DNA of 64,000 nucleotides from assembly GCA_963733195.1 (NCBI GenBank), contig CAVTCR010000050.1:64001-128000 (forward strand). Direction: 5' to 3'. The notes beneath the pieces were generated by a model. That model saw nothing but the letters and a program-made list of their open reading frames with translations, searched no databases and was not told the origin of the DNA. Positions within the stretch are counted from its first letter, which is position 1. Every line of letters starts with the position of its first letter. Shown piece by piece: positions 10,199 to 22,500 of this stretch. The translations under genes were made by a program, and so were the position numbers. Source of the DNA: an uncultured delta proteobacterium (GTDB taxonomy: Bacteria; Desulfobacterota; Binatia; Bin18).

Positions 10199-11558
10199 TT
10201 ACACCATCAAGCCCACTGGGTTTTCCAGTAATTTCTTCAATTCTGTCAAGAATTGCCCACTCGTCACGCCATCGAGAATGCGATGATCACTCGATAACGT
10301 CACCATCATCGTATGTGCAATTGCCAGTTGTCCACTACGGACGACGGGTCGTTCCTTAATCGCGCCAACCGCTAAGATTGCACCTTGTGGCTGGTTGATA
10401 ATGGCCGTGAAGTGCTCAATCGGCAGCATCCCCATATTCGAGATAGTAAACGTCCCACCGGAAAGATCTTCGCCTGTCGGCTTCCCAGCACGAGCCCGTT
10501 CCACGAGTGCATTCGCTTGAGCAGCAATGTCTAACAACGAGAGCCTGTTACAGTTATGCAGCACCGGAACGATCAGTCCATCATCGAGTGAAACCGCAAT
10601 GCCAATGTTGATCTCCGCTTTAAGCTCTCGGCTGTCTTCAGCATAAGAAGCATTGAGGCGTGGATGACGTTCAAGAGCAACAGCAACAGCCTTGATGAGA
10701 AAATGCGTGTAGGTGACATCTGCCGCCACTCGATCACTAGCCTTCAACGCCGCCCGCAATCGGACAGCTTCAGACATGTCGATCTCGCACGTCACATAAA
10801 AATGCGGAACTTCGCGCATACTATCAACCATACGCTTCGCGATAGTCGCTCGCATACGCGAGAACGGTTCCTTCCCAACTGATTGCACCGGCGTAGCAGT
10901 CGTTGTTGATACCGGTGCCACTGGAGCCGTTTGCGTGTTCGTCCGCGGCATTGTAGCTGGAGACTTGGCCAGATGGGCCTCAATATCCTGCTTGATAATT
11001 CGACCACTAGGTCCACTGCCCTCAATCTGCCGGAGGTCAATACGGTGCTCCTCAGCCATGCGCTTCACCAACGGAGAAGCGACAATGCGCTCGCCATCGC
11101 CGGCCGCCTCTTGTGAGTCGCGTCGTGGACGGGATTCACGCAATTCGCGGACTTTCCGCTCAGAAGCTGCAAGAGGGTTGCGATGCTGGAGCTTGCGGGG
11201 CTGACAACTCAACCGCGGGTTTTGCTTCGTCCTGAATTTCTTTCCGAACAGGAGGAGGCACAGTCACCACCGGTTTCTCCGTCGATTCTTTACGCGGAAT
11301 CACCGGCGCAACACCAGTGCCATCTTCACTCAGAACGGCAATAACTGCACCAACTGGAGCAGCCTCTCCTTCCTGCACCCGAAGCTCTGCCAAAACCCCA
11401 GCATCAAGAGCTTCCATTTCCATGTCAGCCTTGTCAGTTTCGACTTCAGCGATGATGTCGCCAATTTCTATTTTGTCACCAACTTTCTTGAGCCACTTGA
11501 GGATTTTCCCTTCCTCCATCGTGTCACTCAACTTTGGCATGACGATTTCAATAGCCAT
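10199..11558 (-). CDS. 2-oxoacid dehydrogenase E2 (dihydrolipoamide acyltransferase), split by one frameshift near 11200
   Basis: Lipoyl domain (ETDKA) in ORF 11160-11558; PSBD (ASPLVKRMA) and catalytic domain (SSDHRILDG) in ORF 10199-11212. Confidence 0.9.
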
Positions 11559-11677
11559 TCCCGCGTCCTCCCACAGGTCAGTATATCGGGCTTACCGCAG
11601 CACTTGAAACCCCATCTATTGGATTTGCGAGATAGGGATTAGGATTTGAAAGAAATAGAGAAAAGAGAGAAACGGCC

Positions 11678-12313
11678 TTACAACAACCGAAACGATTGGC
11701 GATGCACGGGGCTCGGCCCTACTCGACGGATCGCTTCTCGATGCGCCAGGGTTCCATACCCCTTATGTCGAGCAAAACCGTATTCAGGATACTGCTTGTC
11801 CAGTCGCATCATGAGAGTATCGCGATAGACCTTAGCGACAATTGACGCTGCCGCAATCGAGTAGATATCACGGTCGCCTTTGATGAACGTCGTCTGTGGA
11901 CAAGAAAGCTCCTTGAGTGAACGACCGTCAATCAATACATGTTCAGGAGTCACAGAAAGTTGCGCTAACGCGAGACGCATGGCTTTCATGCCGGCTTGGT
12001 AGATATTGATACGGTCAATTTCTTCAACTTCGACGATTCCGATCCCAACTCCTACGGCGACGTTGCGAACTTCCAGATCTAATCGCTCGCGAGCTTTCAG
12101 TGTCAACGTTTTTGAATCACGGACGTCTTGCGGAAAAGTAGCTGGTAAGCCAGCTTCATCTGTGAGATCGGGAGGAAGGATCACCGCCGCTGCAACTACT
12201 GGTCCGGCCAGTGGACCCATACCGACCTCGTCAACTCCGGCCACAGCAGTCAGACCTTGCTGCCACAGAGCACGCTCTTCGTCGAGTCGTGGCTGTATTA
12301 CGCGCGACGCCAA
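11678..12313 (-). CDS. rnhB: ribonuclease HII
   Basis: AGVDEVG.GPLAGPV, DSK, KGD....SIAAASIVAKV.RD, HKGYGT. Confidence 0.95.
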   Translation of the reverse strand: MASRVIQPRLDEERALWQQGLTAVAGVDEVGMGPLAGPVVAAAVILPPDLTDEAGLPATFPQDVRDSKTLTLKARERLDLEVRNVAVGVGIGIVEVEEIDRINIYQAGMKAMRLALAQLSVTPEHVLIDGRSLKELSCPQTTFIKGDRDIYSIAAASIVAKVYRDTLMMRLDKQYPEYGFARHKGYGTLAHREAIRRVGPSPVHRQSFRLL

Positions 12314-12325
12314 CAGGGGCCTCGT

Positions 12326-12958
12326 TTAGCTGGTCACGGCTTTTCGTGCCCAGACGGCAAAGAGCGGGTCGGCGATACCAGGATGCGGACTAAAATCGCG
12401 AAACTCCGGCTCATCAAACCCACCGGCATGCTGGAAATATGCGCGGATCAGGCTCGCTCGCTGTCCATCCCGGAGAGACTGCCAAATCCGTACCGCCTTG
12501 GTAGGAAACATCCGATTGGAGAACAGAACGAGGAAAGGCGCAGTCGGTTTCAGTACACGGCATACGTCAGCAAAGGTCTCCAGTGGGCGTGTCATGTACT
12601 GAATGGAGACCGTCACTACGGCACCGTCAAAGGTCTCATTGGAAAACGGCAAACGCGGATTAACGTTAAGGTCGTGGACAACGTGTTCATCAAGCTCTGG
12701 ATTATCGGCCATCTCCTCAGCATTGAGCCCAAGGCCGATGAGCTTCTGTTTGGCAAAACCCGGCGGAAAATGCGAACGCCAACTGCTCATCAGATCAAGC
12801 AACACTCCGTTAGAAGGAAGCGTTGCCGCAATCGCCTGCCCTGCGGCAGCAATCGCTCCATCATCGATATGAACGACTTTACGTGGTGATGTATAGAACA
12901 ACGCGTCAGTGCTATCATCCAACCGCTCGAACATGTCGGGGGTAAACGGATTATCCAT
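12326..12958 (-). CDS. class I SAM-dependent methyltransferase
   Basis: FY..PR.V.HIDD, LDLMSSW.SH, FSNRMFPTKAV. Confidence 0.85.
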   Translation of the reverse strand: MDNPFTPDMFERLDDSTDALFYTSPRKVVHIDDGAIAAAGQAIAATLPSNGVLLDLMSSWRSHFPPGFAKQKLIGLGLNAEEMADNPELDEHVVHDLNVNPRLPFSNETFDGAVVTVSIQYMTRPLETFADVCRVLKPTAPFLVLFSNRMFPTKAVRIWQSLRDGQRASLIRAYFQHAGGFDEPEFRDFSPHPGIADPLFAVWARKAVTS

Positions 12959-12994
12959 AAGACGTTCCCGCTGCCTTAAGATATGGCTGTGTCA

Positions 12995-13252
12995 CGTACC
13001 TAAGCGGTCCACCACGCAGTATAATGAAAAACAGTGATACTTCAATCGTATCGATTTTTCAGTCCTTCTGATGCGTGATTCATCTCATCGCCGGACAAAT
13101 AACCGTGATAATTTAGATAACTGCTCTAAAAATGGCAGCCACGCGACTTCACCGCCAGCACTGTGCAGGTACAACAGCGGATCACCCGACCCACCCTTCA
13201 GCATCTGAATCTTCGTGCCACGAATATTCAAGAACGTTTCTTCGAAAGACAT
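12995..13252 (-). pseudogene. degenerate alpha/beta hydrolase fragment
   Basis: MSFEETFL...KGGSGDPLLYLHSAGGE start, then frame-jumping remnants (SEGL / KIDTIE / VFHYT / DRLG). The rest of the gene is missing. Confidence 0.6.
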
Positions 13253-13340
13253 GTAGTCCAGACCTCCGCCGAAGTATCCAGTAGAAAAAACAGTATCAAT
13301 CCCATGCTGAATGCTGACTACTACATACTCACTACTTTTT

Positions 13341-14099
13341 CTACGTATACATCCCACCGTTGGGGCTCACAACTTGTCCAGTAATGAAACTGGCATCTAT
13401 TGAGGTGAGATAGGCACATGCCGCAGCTATATCTTCAGGTGCGCCGACGCGACGGACAGGTGAGCGTTGCGTTGTCATATCGATGAACTTTTGCATGCGT
13501 CCGCTAATGCGCCCATCTTTCAGTAAGATCGGCGTATCGATCAATCCCGGCGCAATAGCATTGACCGTAATGCCCATGGGTCCGAGTTCTTGCGCTAGCG
13601 CTTTTGTGAAGCCAATGATTCCAGCCTTCGCTGCCGAGTAATGAGTCAATCCAGCGGCTCCACCTAAACCTGCGGTCGAGGAAATGTTGACCACCCTACC
13701 CCACTTCGCGTCGATCATGTCTTGGACGCAGGCTTTAGTGCAGTTAAAGGTGCCCTTCAGATGGATAGCGATCATCTGGTCCCACTGCGCCTCGGTCATC
13801 TCTGCCAGTGGGATAAAATTGCCGATACCAGCATCGTTGACTAACACATGAATCGGACCAAGGTCTTTTCGCGTCTGCTGCACGGCTGCATCAATTTGCG
13901 CACGGTTGGTGACATCGACACGGCACGCGAGGGCTTTCCGCCCTTGCACGCGTATCTCGTCAGCAACATTTTCGGCCCCCGCAAGGTTAAGATCAAAGAT
14001 CGCGACGTTCGCCCCTTCACGCGCCAACCGTAGTGAAATGCCTCGTCCGATGCCTGACGCGCCACCTGTCACGACAGCGTTCTTACCAGCTAAGCTCAT
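13341..14099 (-). CDS. SDR family oxidoreductase (FabG-like)
   Basis: TGGASGIG, YSAAK, VNAIAPG. Confidence 0.92.
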   Translation of the reverse strand: MSLAGKNAVVTGGASGIGRGISLRLAREGANVAIFDLNLAGAENVADEIRVQGRKALACRVDVTNRAQIDAAVQQTRKDLGPIHVLVNDAGIGNFIPLAEMTEAQWDQMIAIHLKGTFNCTKACVQDMIDAKWGRVVNISSTAGLGGAAGLTHYSAAKAGIIGFTKALAQELGPMGITVNAIAPGLIDTPILLKDGRISGRMQKFIDMTTQRSPVRRVGAPEDIAAACAYLTSIDASFITGQVVSPNGGMYT

Positions 14100-14184
14100 G
14101 ATCGCACTCCCTCAGGTCTTCAATCGGTCGTGTATTTTTTCGGCTCTGCTCTACCACATCTCACAGACTTTTCCTATCGTCGCT

Positions 14185-15075
14185 TCAGGTAGGCAGAGCA
14201 ACTTTCAATGCCTGAGGCACAGCCCGCAATGTCATGGGCAGAGGGCCGATATGCTCGCCATCAGCAAACAGTTCACATGGTGTTTCTGCACTTATAGTGA
14301 TTTCGCGTCCACGTAACGTATCGATTCCCGTCGAATAAATGTGTCGACCGGCGAACACACGAGGGAACGTATAGAGAAGTTCTAACTTGCCCATGCCATT
14401 GACAATGCACGCATCGAGCATTCCATCATCAGGTCGGGCTGCGGGTACCAATGCCATTCCTCGTGCACTGCTCCACGTGTTCGCTACGGCAATCAACCAA
14501 CTGTAACACTGCCGCGTTTGTCCATCATATTGAATAGTGAATCGCAAAGGTCGATCGAGAAACACTGAGCCGATGGTCACTGCCGTATACAGAGCGTTAA
14601 TCCGGAATCGCTTGAACTGATTGGCGCGACGATTGACCTCAGCCGCAAGCCCCATAACCGCGATAGAAAAAAAGTAGCGGTCGTTTGCCTGCCCAACATC
14701 CACTCGTTGTTCGATACCGTCGACAATCACACCGACAGCACTTTCGGTCTCAAGCGGAATTCCCAGTCCGCGAGCAAAATCGTTTCCTGTTCCCGCCGGA
14801 ATAATCCCTAGCGTCGTGTCGGTACCAGCCAGCACATTCGCCACTTGATGCACAAGCCCATCACCACCGATCGCGACAACACGCTGGCACCGATCTTTGA
14901 CAGCCGCCAGTGCCAGTGCGGTCGGCTCATTCGGTGCAGCACTGTAATGAAGTTCGTGGGCAACACCTCGCGTGTGGAGCATGCGACTCACGTGCTCGGC
15001 GACTTTCGTACCACGCCCGTGTCCTGACGTCGGGTTTACGATCAACTGAATTGGGGGATTGAGCGATCGTGTCAT
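14185..15075 (-). CDS. diacylglycerol/sphingosine kinase family lipid kinase (YegS/DAGK-like)
   Basis: IVNPTSG, GGDG, IPAGTGNDFAR, ADGE motifs. Start taken at MTRSLNP (15075). Confidence 0.9.
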   Translation of the reverse strand: MTRSLNPPIQLIVNPTSGHGRGTKVAEHVSRMLHTRGVAHELHYSAAPNEPTALALAAVKDRCQRVVAIGGDGLVHQVANVLAGTDTTLGIIPAGTGNDFARGLGIPLETESAVGVIVDGIEQRVDVGQANDRYFFSIAVMGLAAEVNRRANQFKRFRINALYTAVTIGSVFLDRPLRFTIQYDGQTRQCYSWLIAVANTWSSARGMALVPAARPDDGMLDACIVNGMGKLELLYTFPRVFAGRHIYSTGIDTLRGREITISAETPCELFADGEHIGPLPMTLRAVPQALKVALPT

Positions 15076-15091
15076 TGATCCAATAATGAGG

Positions 15092-16456
15092 TTAGCGTAG
15101 CCCGCCACGCTCGAAGTGAGCTTGGAGAAAATTCTCACTACCAGTTGTTGCCATGCTCGCTGCGGCAGACAGCTCCAAACACAACGCCGTGGCAGCAATA
15201 ATTTGCGCGAAGCGATAGACTTTTCCTGCGCCAAGACAATCCATGAGTTGCAAATAGGCACGCGCATGCGGCAAGCTGGTTCCGCCGCCAACGGTCCCTA
15301 CTTCAAGACCAGAGAAACGAATGGTGAGATGAATCCCGTCCTCGACACGTGTTACCGTGGCTTGGGTCATACTACTGGTGCCAACCATTCCCAGATCTTG
15401 ACCGGTCGCCGCAAAAATCGCCGCTACTGCGGACGCTGGAGTAAAAGCAAACGATTGCATCCCACTGGCGTGCGCACCATGTAAGCCTGCGTGTTCCAGA
15501 GCAACAATCGCGTCGGCACTGACACGTAACACTCGCCGCAGCACAGAGCCGGGAAGAGTCGCTTCAGCCACAACAACCTTCCCATGGCCAGGAAACTGAA
15601 AAAACGCATGGCTGGGTTTCTTGTCCCCTCCCATGTTGGTTTCCAGAAACACATGCAGCGGAGTAATCCCAGCTTCCACGGGAAATCGTGCCAGGACAAA
15701 CTTTTGATTGAGCGCATACGCATTACGCGTCATCATATTCGGTCCACACGCATCTCCAGTCGTGAACCGATACAACAAGTGACACATCGGCCCAAGGACA
15801 TGCGTCTGCACCTCACGCAATACCGCATGCGAACTGATAACTGCCGCCGTCGTTGCTCTTTTTTTCTCTGTCTCTATCTCTGTTCCTGTCTCTGTCTCTC
15901 GTTCTTCCTCTGTTACGGGTTGCTGGTTACGGGTCGCTTTGGTAGCGCCGGTGAGCCATTCAGCCATCTCCGCTGTACGCGATTCAACCCAGTGCGCTAA
16001 CGCTAATGCTTCTTCAGTCGAACGGAACACAAAACACGAATCGCGCGTCATGCGATCAGCCAGGACGTAGGTTTTTACGCCACCAGCAAGAGCAACCGCA
16101 CTAATTCCACGTTGGATCGACGCCGACAATCCGCCTTCGGTATGGGCAAGCGGAACAAATACCCGGTCATCTTGTCGTGCTTGTTCTTGTACGTCACCTT
16201 CGCCAGTCAACGTATACTGTCCCAGATTGACGGATAGTGGCCCCACGACGCCGACCGGCAGCACCAGGTGCCCAGTGAGACATTCTTGGAAATTCGCCAA
16301 ACCCTCGGCAGGAATTGGCCAGTCAAGCACATGATGATACGTCGCCTGCCAATGGGAGAGGGACCGCAGATGATTTTGCCGTTCAACTAATTGTTCGGGT
16401 CGGTTTGCCCGCGGCCAGTGCGGCAATTGGCGAGAAGCAGAACGCTCGGACTTCAC
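15092..16456 (-). CDS. class I-like HMG-CoA reductase (divergent)
   Basis: VPLAHTEGG, TTGDACGPNM (cf. DAMGMNM), GDKK, TGQD, GTVGGGT, C-terminal His. Confidence 0.8.
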   Translation of the reverse strand: MKSERSASRQLPHWPRANRPEQLVERQNHLRSLSHWQATYHHVLDWPIPAEGLANFQECLTGHLVLPVGVVGPLSVNLGQYTLTGEGDVQEQARQDDRVFVPLAHTEGGLSASIQRGISAVALAGGVKTYVLADRMTRDSCFVFRSTEEALALAHWVESRTAEMAEWLTGATKATRNQQPVTEEERETETGTEIETEKKRATTAAVISSHAVLREVQTHVLGPMCHLLYRFTTGDACGPNMMTRNAYALNQKFVLARFPVEAGITPLHVFLETNMGGDKKPSHAFFQFPGHGKVVVAEATLPGSVLRRVLRVSADAIVALEHAGLHGAHASGMQSFAFTPASAVAAIFAATGQDLGMVGTSSMTQATVTRVEDGIHLTIRFSGLEVGTVGGGTSLPHARAYLQLMDCLGAGKVYRFAQIIAATALCLELSAAASMATTGSENFLQAHFERGGLR

Positions 16457-17217
16457 TCCGCACTATCCTGTTCCGTATCAGCCATCGCAAGTCGTTGCAC
16501 TTTTTTCTCGATGTCCTCAGTCACACCGCCGAACAACAGGTTCTCATCAAGACCGATGAACATCGCTTTTTCCTTGACCCCCAGATAAATCTCGCGCACC
16601 AGCACCAGCAATTCATCGCGCATTTTCAGAAATACCGGCTTGAGTTCGGGCGAACGCGCCAACGCTGCCTTGAGGTACAGTTCGGCGAACGCTAAATGGC
16701 GCGCTTCATCAGTAAGGATGCGGCCTGCAATATGGGCAAATAACGAACCCGGGTGCGCTTTTGCGATGATGCCGTAAAAATGACGCGCGAAAATGTCGCT
16801 AACAAGAATACCCCACAGCCACTCCACTTTGTCACGCGATTTGAACAAGCGGGCTTGGTAACGAAAAATGACCTTCAAGTCGCGTACTTCTAGCGGACGC
16901 TGATTGATTTTGTGGTAGAAGCGGGTGAGGGTTTCGAAGTGGCGCGCCTCGTCGAGGAGGAACGTCGCCAGATAGAGTTGCGCTTCGGTCTGATGAGCGG
17001 AAAAAAACTGCGGGATCACCGAGCTGGCTCCGACCATGGCAGTTTGTTCTCCCAGGTAGATCGGCGTGAGTACGTGCGCCAAAGCTTTCTGCTCCTGAGG
17101 ATCCAACAGTAACGGCTGCTCCCAGTCGATTTGAGCCGCTGACCACTGTCCTTCCACACCCTTGCGAAAGAGCGCCATCAGCTTCGTATCCTCAATACGG
17201 GGAAATACCCGAATCAC
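16453..17217 (-). CDS. ferritin-like diiron-carboxylate protein
   Basis: Two DEARH motifs about 80 aa apart plus an upstream GE. Its stop overlaps the next start (GTGA). Confidence 0.8.
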   Translation of the reverse strand: MIRVFPRIEDTKLMALFRKGVEGQWSAAQIDWEQPLLLDPQEQKALAHVLTPIYLGEQTAMVGASSVIPQFFSAHQTEAQLYLATFLLDEARHFETLTRFYHKINQRPLEVRDLKVIFRYQARLFKSRDKVEWLWGILVSDIFARHFYGIIAKAHPGSLFAHIAGRILTDEARHLAFAELYLKAALARSPELKPVFLKMRDELLVLVREIYLGVKEKAMFIGLDENLLFGGVTEDIEKKVQRLAMADTEQDSAE

Positions 17218-17332
17218 AATCCACCCCTCTTAGCTATCATGTTGCTCCTGCGGCAACCGACAAGATACCTCTCCACTAGTTAGCCTACGAACCGCACTTA
17301 CGCAAACAGGTGGAGCACGGTTGCCTTCCCTC

Positions 17333-17995
17333 TCATCCTCTTGTTGCCTCAGGTTTTCGTGCCTGGGTTGAATATCGCTGTTGGTGGTCGTGATTTCCCG
17401 TACGGAGATCGTGGTTGATGTGCAGCGGCGGCTCTTCCTCCTGCCAATGCAGCCATTGAAATGCCCGTATCAGGTACTGTATCCCCGACACAGCGGTCGC
17501 CCCACCCGCAAGCACGAGTGTCGAGTACCACAGCAGGAGCGACCGCCATTCTGGATTATGCAAAGCAACCAACGTCTGCGTCACAGTTAAGAGTTGTAAA
17601 AACGTACACGCTTTACCAATGAACGTCGGACGGATCACGATCGACCGACCAGTAATCATGAACAACACAATGAACCCGAGCAAAATAATAACGTCACGGC
17701 TAATCACCAGGATGGCTAACCAATGAGGAATAAAATCGAGAAACGTCAAGATCAAAAACGAGCTCACCAGCAGGAGCTTATCGGCCAGGGGGTCGATATA
17801 GGAACCTAACGTCGTCCGCGTATTAGTCAGTCGTGCAATTGCACCGTCAAGCGAATCAGTCAATCCAGCCAGCGCAAAGACAATAAGCGCTTCTGTATAG
17901 CGTCGGTCGGTCAAAAGAATGAGAAAAATCGGAATGGCACCGATGCGCAGCAGGGTCAAGCAGTTTGGCAGATTCAGGATAGCTGAAGGATTCAA
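17333..17995 (-). CDS. CDP-alcohol phosphatidyltransferase (PgsA-like)
   Basis: NLPN.LT..R; TDSLDGAIAR...T.LG.YIDPLADKLL. Confidence 0.9.
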   Translation of the reverse strand: MNPSAILNLPNCLTLLRIGAIPIFLILLTDRRYTEALIVFALAGLTDSLDGAIARLTNTRTTLGSYIDPLADKLLLVSSFLILTFLDFIPHWLAILVISRDVIILLGFIVLFMITGRSIVIRPTFIGKACTFLQLLTVTQTLVALHNPEWRSLLLWYSTLVLAGGATAVSGIQYLIRAFQWLHWQEEEPPLHINHDLRTGNHDHQQRYSTQARKPEATRG

Positions 17996-18022
17996 AGCGG
18001 CTCTTTCTACACCGACATGTCG

Positions 18023-19408
18023 TTACTCCGAGCGTGCTTCCGCCAGACGTTTCCGTAACTGCCCGGCAACCTTAGTGGAAACAAGTGCAGTCACACTAAT
18101 CGCTGTCTCAGAGTAAGCCTCTTCTACCACTTTGCCACTACGACGCAACCACGCCACCATCTGTCCAGCGCTCAACGGCAGTTCGCAGTGGATAAGTTCA
18201 CGGTTTTGCTCCAGATGACGTTCAATCGCCAACAACAACGGCGGGATACCATCACCGGTCCGCGCCGAGATACCAAAGAGCTGCCTTTCGCCGTTACCGT
18301 CGGCAGATCTTCTCAATAGTGACCAGGGAGAGGTCTCGTCTTCTTCGTTTGCAGACAGACAGTCGAGTTTATTGAACACCGTCAGCGTTGGTTTTTCTCC
18401 GGCCCCTAATTCCTCTAGTACCTGTTCAACTACTGCTTTTTGTTCTGCCCAGCGTGGATGCGTAGCATCAATGATATGGAGCAAGAAATCAGCGGTACGC
18501 ACCTCTTCCAACGTGCTTTTGAATGCATCTACCAATTGATGTGGGAGTTTGTTAATGAATCCGACTGTATCAGTCACCATCACCGGCTGGCCGCCAGGTA
18601 GATCAAGTCGTCGACTGGTCGGGTCGAGAGTAGCAAAGAGTTTGTCCTCGACCAAGACGCCAGCATGAGTCAGGGTGTTCATCAACGTGGACTTCCCGGC
18701 GTTGGTGTAGCCGACTAAGGCGACACAGGGAAACGGCACCCGCTCGCGTTCCTGACGCTGCAACGAGCGCGTTCGTTCAACATCGTGCAAGCGCCGTTTT
18801 AGCGTTGAGATCCGTTCACGGATGCGACGGCGGTCGACTTCCAGCTGCGTCTCACCAGGACCACGCGTTCCTACGCCGCCACCGCCTAACCGCGAAAGGT
18901 GCGTCCATTGTCGCGTGAGCCGCGGCTGCAAATATTCAAGCTGCGCCAACTCCACCTGGAGTTTTCCGGCGAGACTCTGCGCCCGTTGGGCAAAAATATC
19001 GAGGATCAGTTGACTCCGGTCGATAACTTTCACACCAAGTGACTTTTCCAGGTTGCGTTGCTGCGCTGGAGACAGGTCATCGTCGAAAATAACCACATTG
19101 GCCTTGGCATCGATAACCCGGTCTTTCACTTCATAGACTTTGCCTGAGCCAATGAAGGTAGCAGGGTGAATGCCATCACGCAGCGATTGACTGACCGTAC
19201 CGATCACTTCCAGTCCAGCCGTATCACTAAGGCGCGCCAGCTCGGAGAGGGAATCTTCGACGAAAAACTGAACACCTTCAAGGTTGCGCGTGTCTGCCCG
19301 TGACCGCTGGACACCAACGAGCATCACGCGCTCCGGGCCTAACTGCGCGGTGTAATAGTAGCCAGGCTTTGGATCAATCCCGTTAGTGAAGTCGCGTTGT
19401 TGCCTCAT
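18023..19408 (-). CDS. hflX: GTPase HflX
   Basis: [44 protein letters not shown]. Confidence 0.96.
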   Translation of the reverse strand: MRQQRDFTNGIDPKPGYYYTAQLGPERVMLVGVQRSRADTRNLEGVQFFVEDSLSELARLSDTAGLEVIGTVSQSLRDGIHPATFIGSGKVYEVKDRVIDAKANVVIFDDDLSPAQQRNLEKSLGVKVIDRSQLILDIFAQRAQSLAGKLQVELAQLEYLQPRLTRQWTHLSRLGGGGVGTRGPGETQLEVDRRRIRERISTLKRRLHDVERTRSLQRQERERVPFPCVALVGYTNAGKSTLMNTLTHAGVLVEDKLFATLDPTSRRLDLPGGQPVMVTDTVGFINKLPHQLVDAFKSTLEEVRTADFLLHIIDATHPRWAEQKAVVEQVLEELGAGEKPTLTVFNKLDCLSANEEDETSPWSLLRRSADGNGERQLFGISARTGDGIPPLLLAIERHLEQNRELIHCELPLSAGQMVAWLRRSGKVVEEAYSETAISVTALVSTKVAGQLRKRLAEARSE

Positions 19409-19528
19409 ATATGTAGTTTACAGCGAACAGGGTACAGGGATCAGGAGGAGACTGGAAATATATCTTGCACGTTTTCTATCATCCCTTTTCTCTGTCACCT
19501 GTAACCTAAAACCTGTTCCCTTTCATTT

Positions 19529-22500
19529 CTATCGAAACGATGCCACGCCGCTACCAAAGAGTCGCTCCACCGCTATCAGCATCGCGCGGGTCGGAGAGAC
19601 GCTCAGGCCGTTCGGCAGTGCAATCACTGTCTCGGTGTAGTCCGGGCGCATCAGGTGCAAAAATGTCTGGCAGTTACCGAGATGCTGCTGCAAGACATCT
19701 TTGAGCGCGACCATATCTTCCTTGGTTGCTACATCCGACGGCACTTGGATGTGCACTTGCTTGACTTCGTTAGTAGCTACCGATTCCAGCGGAACGACGG
19801 CATCCGCAATAATCTGACAGCGATCTTCATCCACATCAAGTGCGCCGTTCAAACAGACTGGCATGTCCGCATGGATAGTCGCTTCGTGTTGACGGTAGGC
19901 TTCCGGCCACACGATTACCTCCACGACCCCTTCCTTGTCTTCCAAGGTGAAAGTCGCATAGCGGTCTCCCCTTTTATTGTTCTTGAGCTTCAGCGAGTGG
20001 ACCACACCAGCCAACCTGACCTTCTCCTGATGCTGACGTGTCTTGAGCAAATCAGTGGTCAGCGACACCACACCATGCAAACGGCCGACATATTTGTCGA
20101 GCGGATGACCAGTAATAAAAAATCCCAGCGTCTCACGTTCGTTTTTCAATTTGTCGGTGTCGTTCCATTCCTCAATCTTCGGCAGCTCAGAACGACCATT
20201 ACCGTTCTTGGTTGGCAGGATGGCGAACAGTCCCATTTGGTTCGCATTGTTCTCGCCCTTTGCCTCCTGCTCTGCCTTCTTTACCGCTTCTTCGATACCG
20301 GCAAAGAGTTGCGCGCGAGGTATCTGAAATGAGTCAAGGGCTCCACATTTTGTGAGACTCTCCAGCACCCGCTTATTCACTTGCGATCCACGTACACGCG
20401 AACAGAATTCGTACAGATCAGTAAATGGTCCTTCTTGCCGCGCCGCTTGAATTGCTTCAATCGCCTTTGATCCGATGCCTTTCACTGCCCCAAGGCCGAA
20501 ACGAATCGTTTCTCCACTGACAGTGAAATCCTCATCACTTTCATTCACGTCTGGTGGCAATACCTGAATATTCTGTAAGCGACATTCGGCGATGTTCTTG
20601 TAGGTTTTGTTGGTATCGCCCATCTCCAAACTCATAAGTGCCGCCATGAACTCTTGCGGATAATGTGTCTTCAGATAGGCGGTCTGATACGAAATCAACG
20701 CATAGGCAGCGGCGTGAGACTTATTGAAGCCATAGGCCGCGAAGGTTTCCATCTGGTCGAAGATTTCACCCGCCAGTTTGTCGGCAATTTTCTGCTTGGC
20801 AGTCCCTTTGAGGAAGCGGGCACGCTCTTCCTGCATCGCTTCTTTCTTCTTTTTGCCCATCGCACGCCGGAGGTTATCGGCATCTTCCAGGCTAAAGCCC
20901 GCTAACACCTGGGCGATCTGCATGACCTGCTCCTGGTAAATGGTCACGCCATAGGTTTCTCTCAACACCGGCTCGAGTAACGGGTGTGGGTAAGAAATCT
21001 GCTCTCTGCCGTGTTTGCGTTTGATGAACTGCTCCGCCGCGCCACTATCGAGCGGTCCAGGCCGAAACAGGGCAATCACGGCGATGATGTCCTCAAAACA
21101 ATTGGGCTTCAATTGGGTAATCAGCTTGCGAATGCCACTGCCTTCCATCTGGAAGACACCAACGGTGTCACCTCGGGTGAGGTGCTGATACGTCAGCTTG
21201 TCATCAATGCGGAGGTTGCTCAGATCGACATCTACACCACGACTCTTCTTGATCCGCTTGACGGTGTCATCAAGCAGCGTCAGGGTTTTGAGGCCAAGAA
21301 AGTCAAACTTAATCAGCCCAATGGTATCGACATCCGGCCCTGAATACTGCGTCAGTACGTTGCCTTCCTTATCGACAAACAGCGGAATATGCTCGACCAA
21401 AGGCGCTGGCGAGATCACGATTCCCGCGGCATGCTTCGAGGCGTGACGCAGGAGCCCTTCGAGCTTCAGAGCGTAATCAAAGAGTTTCTTCTCACGGTCA
21501 CCCTTCTCGCGGAGTTCGCGCAGACGCGGCTCCATCTCTAGTGCGGCTTCGAGGGGAAAATCTTTGCCTTGCTTAGGAGCCGGATAGAGTTTAGCGATGC
21601 GATCTGTATCGCTGTACGAGAATTCCAGTACCCGGCCAACGTCCTTAATTGCTTGTTTACCTTTGAGGGTTCCGAACGTAATGATCTGCGCGACTTTGTC
21701 GGCACCATATTTTTCTTTGATGTAACGGATCACTTCATCACGTCGTTCAAAGCAGAAATCAACGTCGATGTCCGGCATACTTTTGCGGCCAGGATTCAAG
21801 AACCGCTCGAAGAGCAGTTGATAACGAAGCGGATCAACATCGGTAATTTTCGTGCAGTACGCCACCAAGCATCCTGCCACCGAGCCGCGCCCAGGACCGA
21901 CAGGGATTCCTTGAGATTTGGCGTAGCCGATGAAATCAGAGACGATAAGGAAATAGCCCGAAAACCCCATCTTTTCGATTACTTGCAGTTCAAACTGCAA
22001 GCGATCGTAATATTTTTTCTCTTTCTCCGCGTTCCAATCAGGTGTATAGGCACGAATTTGCTTGAAGCGCTCTTCGAGGCCAGCCCGGGCTTTCTTTTCT
22101 AGTGCTTCCTCTAAGGTCTCTTCCTTTGGAACGTCATACAGCGGAAACAAGAAGTTACCGAACGAGAGTTCCAAGTTGCAGCGATTAGCGACTTCCACTG
22201 TGTTCGTCACCGCCTCTGGGCAGTGCGAGAACTCCGTCAGCATTTCCTCGGGTGATTTGACATACAACTGGTTGGTGCCAAAGCGCCAACGCTTCTCGTC
22301 TGACCACACTTTACCGCTTTGCACACACAGAAGAACTTCGTGAGCCTCAGCGTCGTCAGCTTTCAGGTAGTGACAATCATTCGTGGCGACTAGCGGAAGT
22401 GCCAACTGGCGGGCCAATTCAATCAACGGGGGGTTAATCTTCTCTTGTTCAGGAAGGTGGTTCGCCTGAATTTCAATATAGAATCGATCATCAAAAATCG

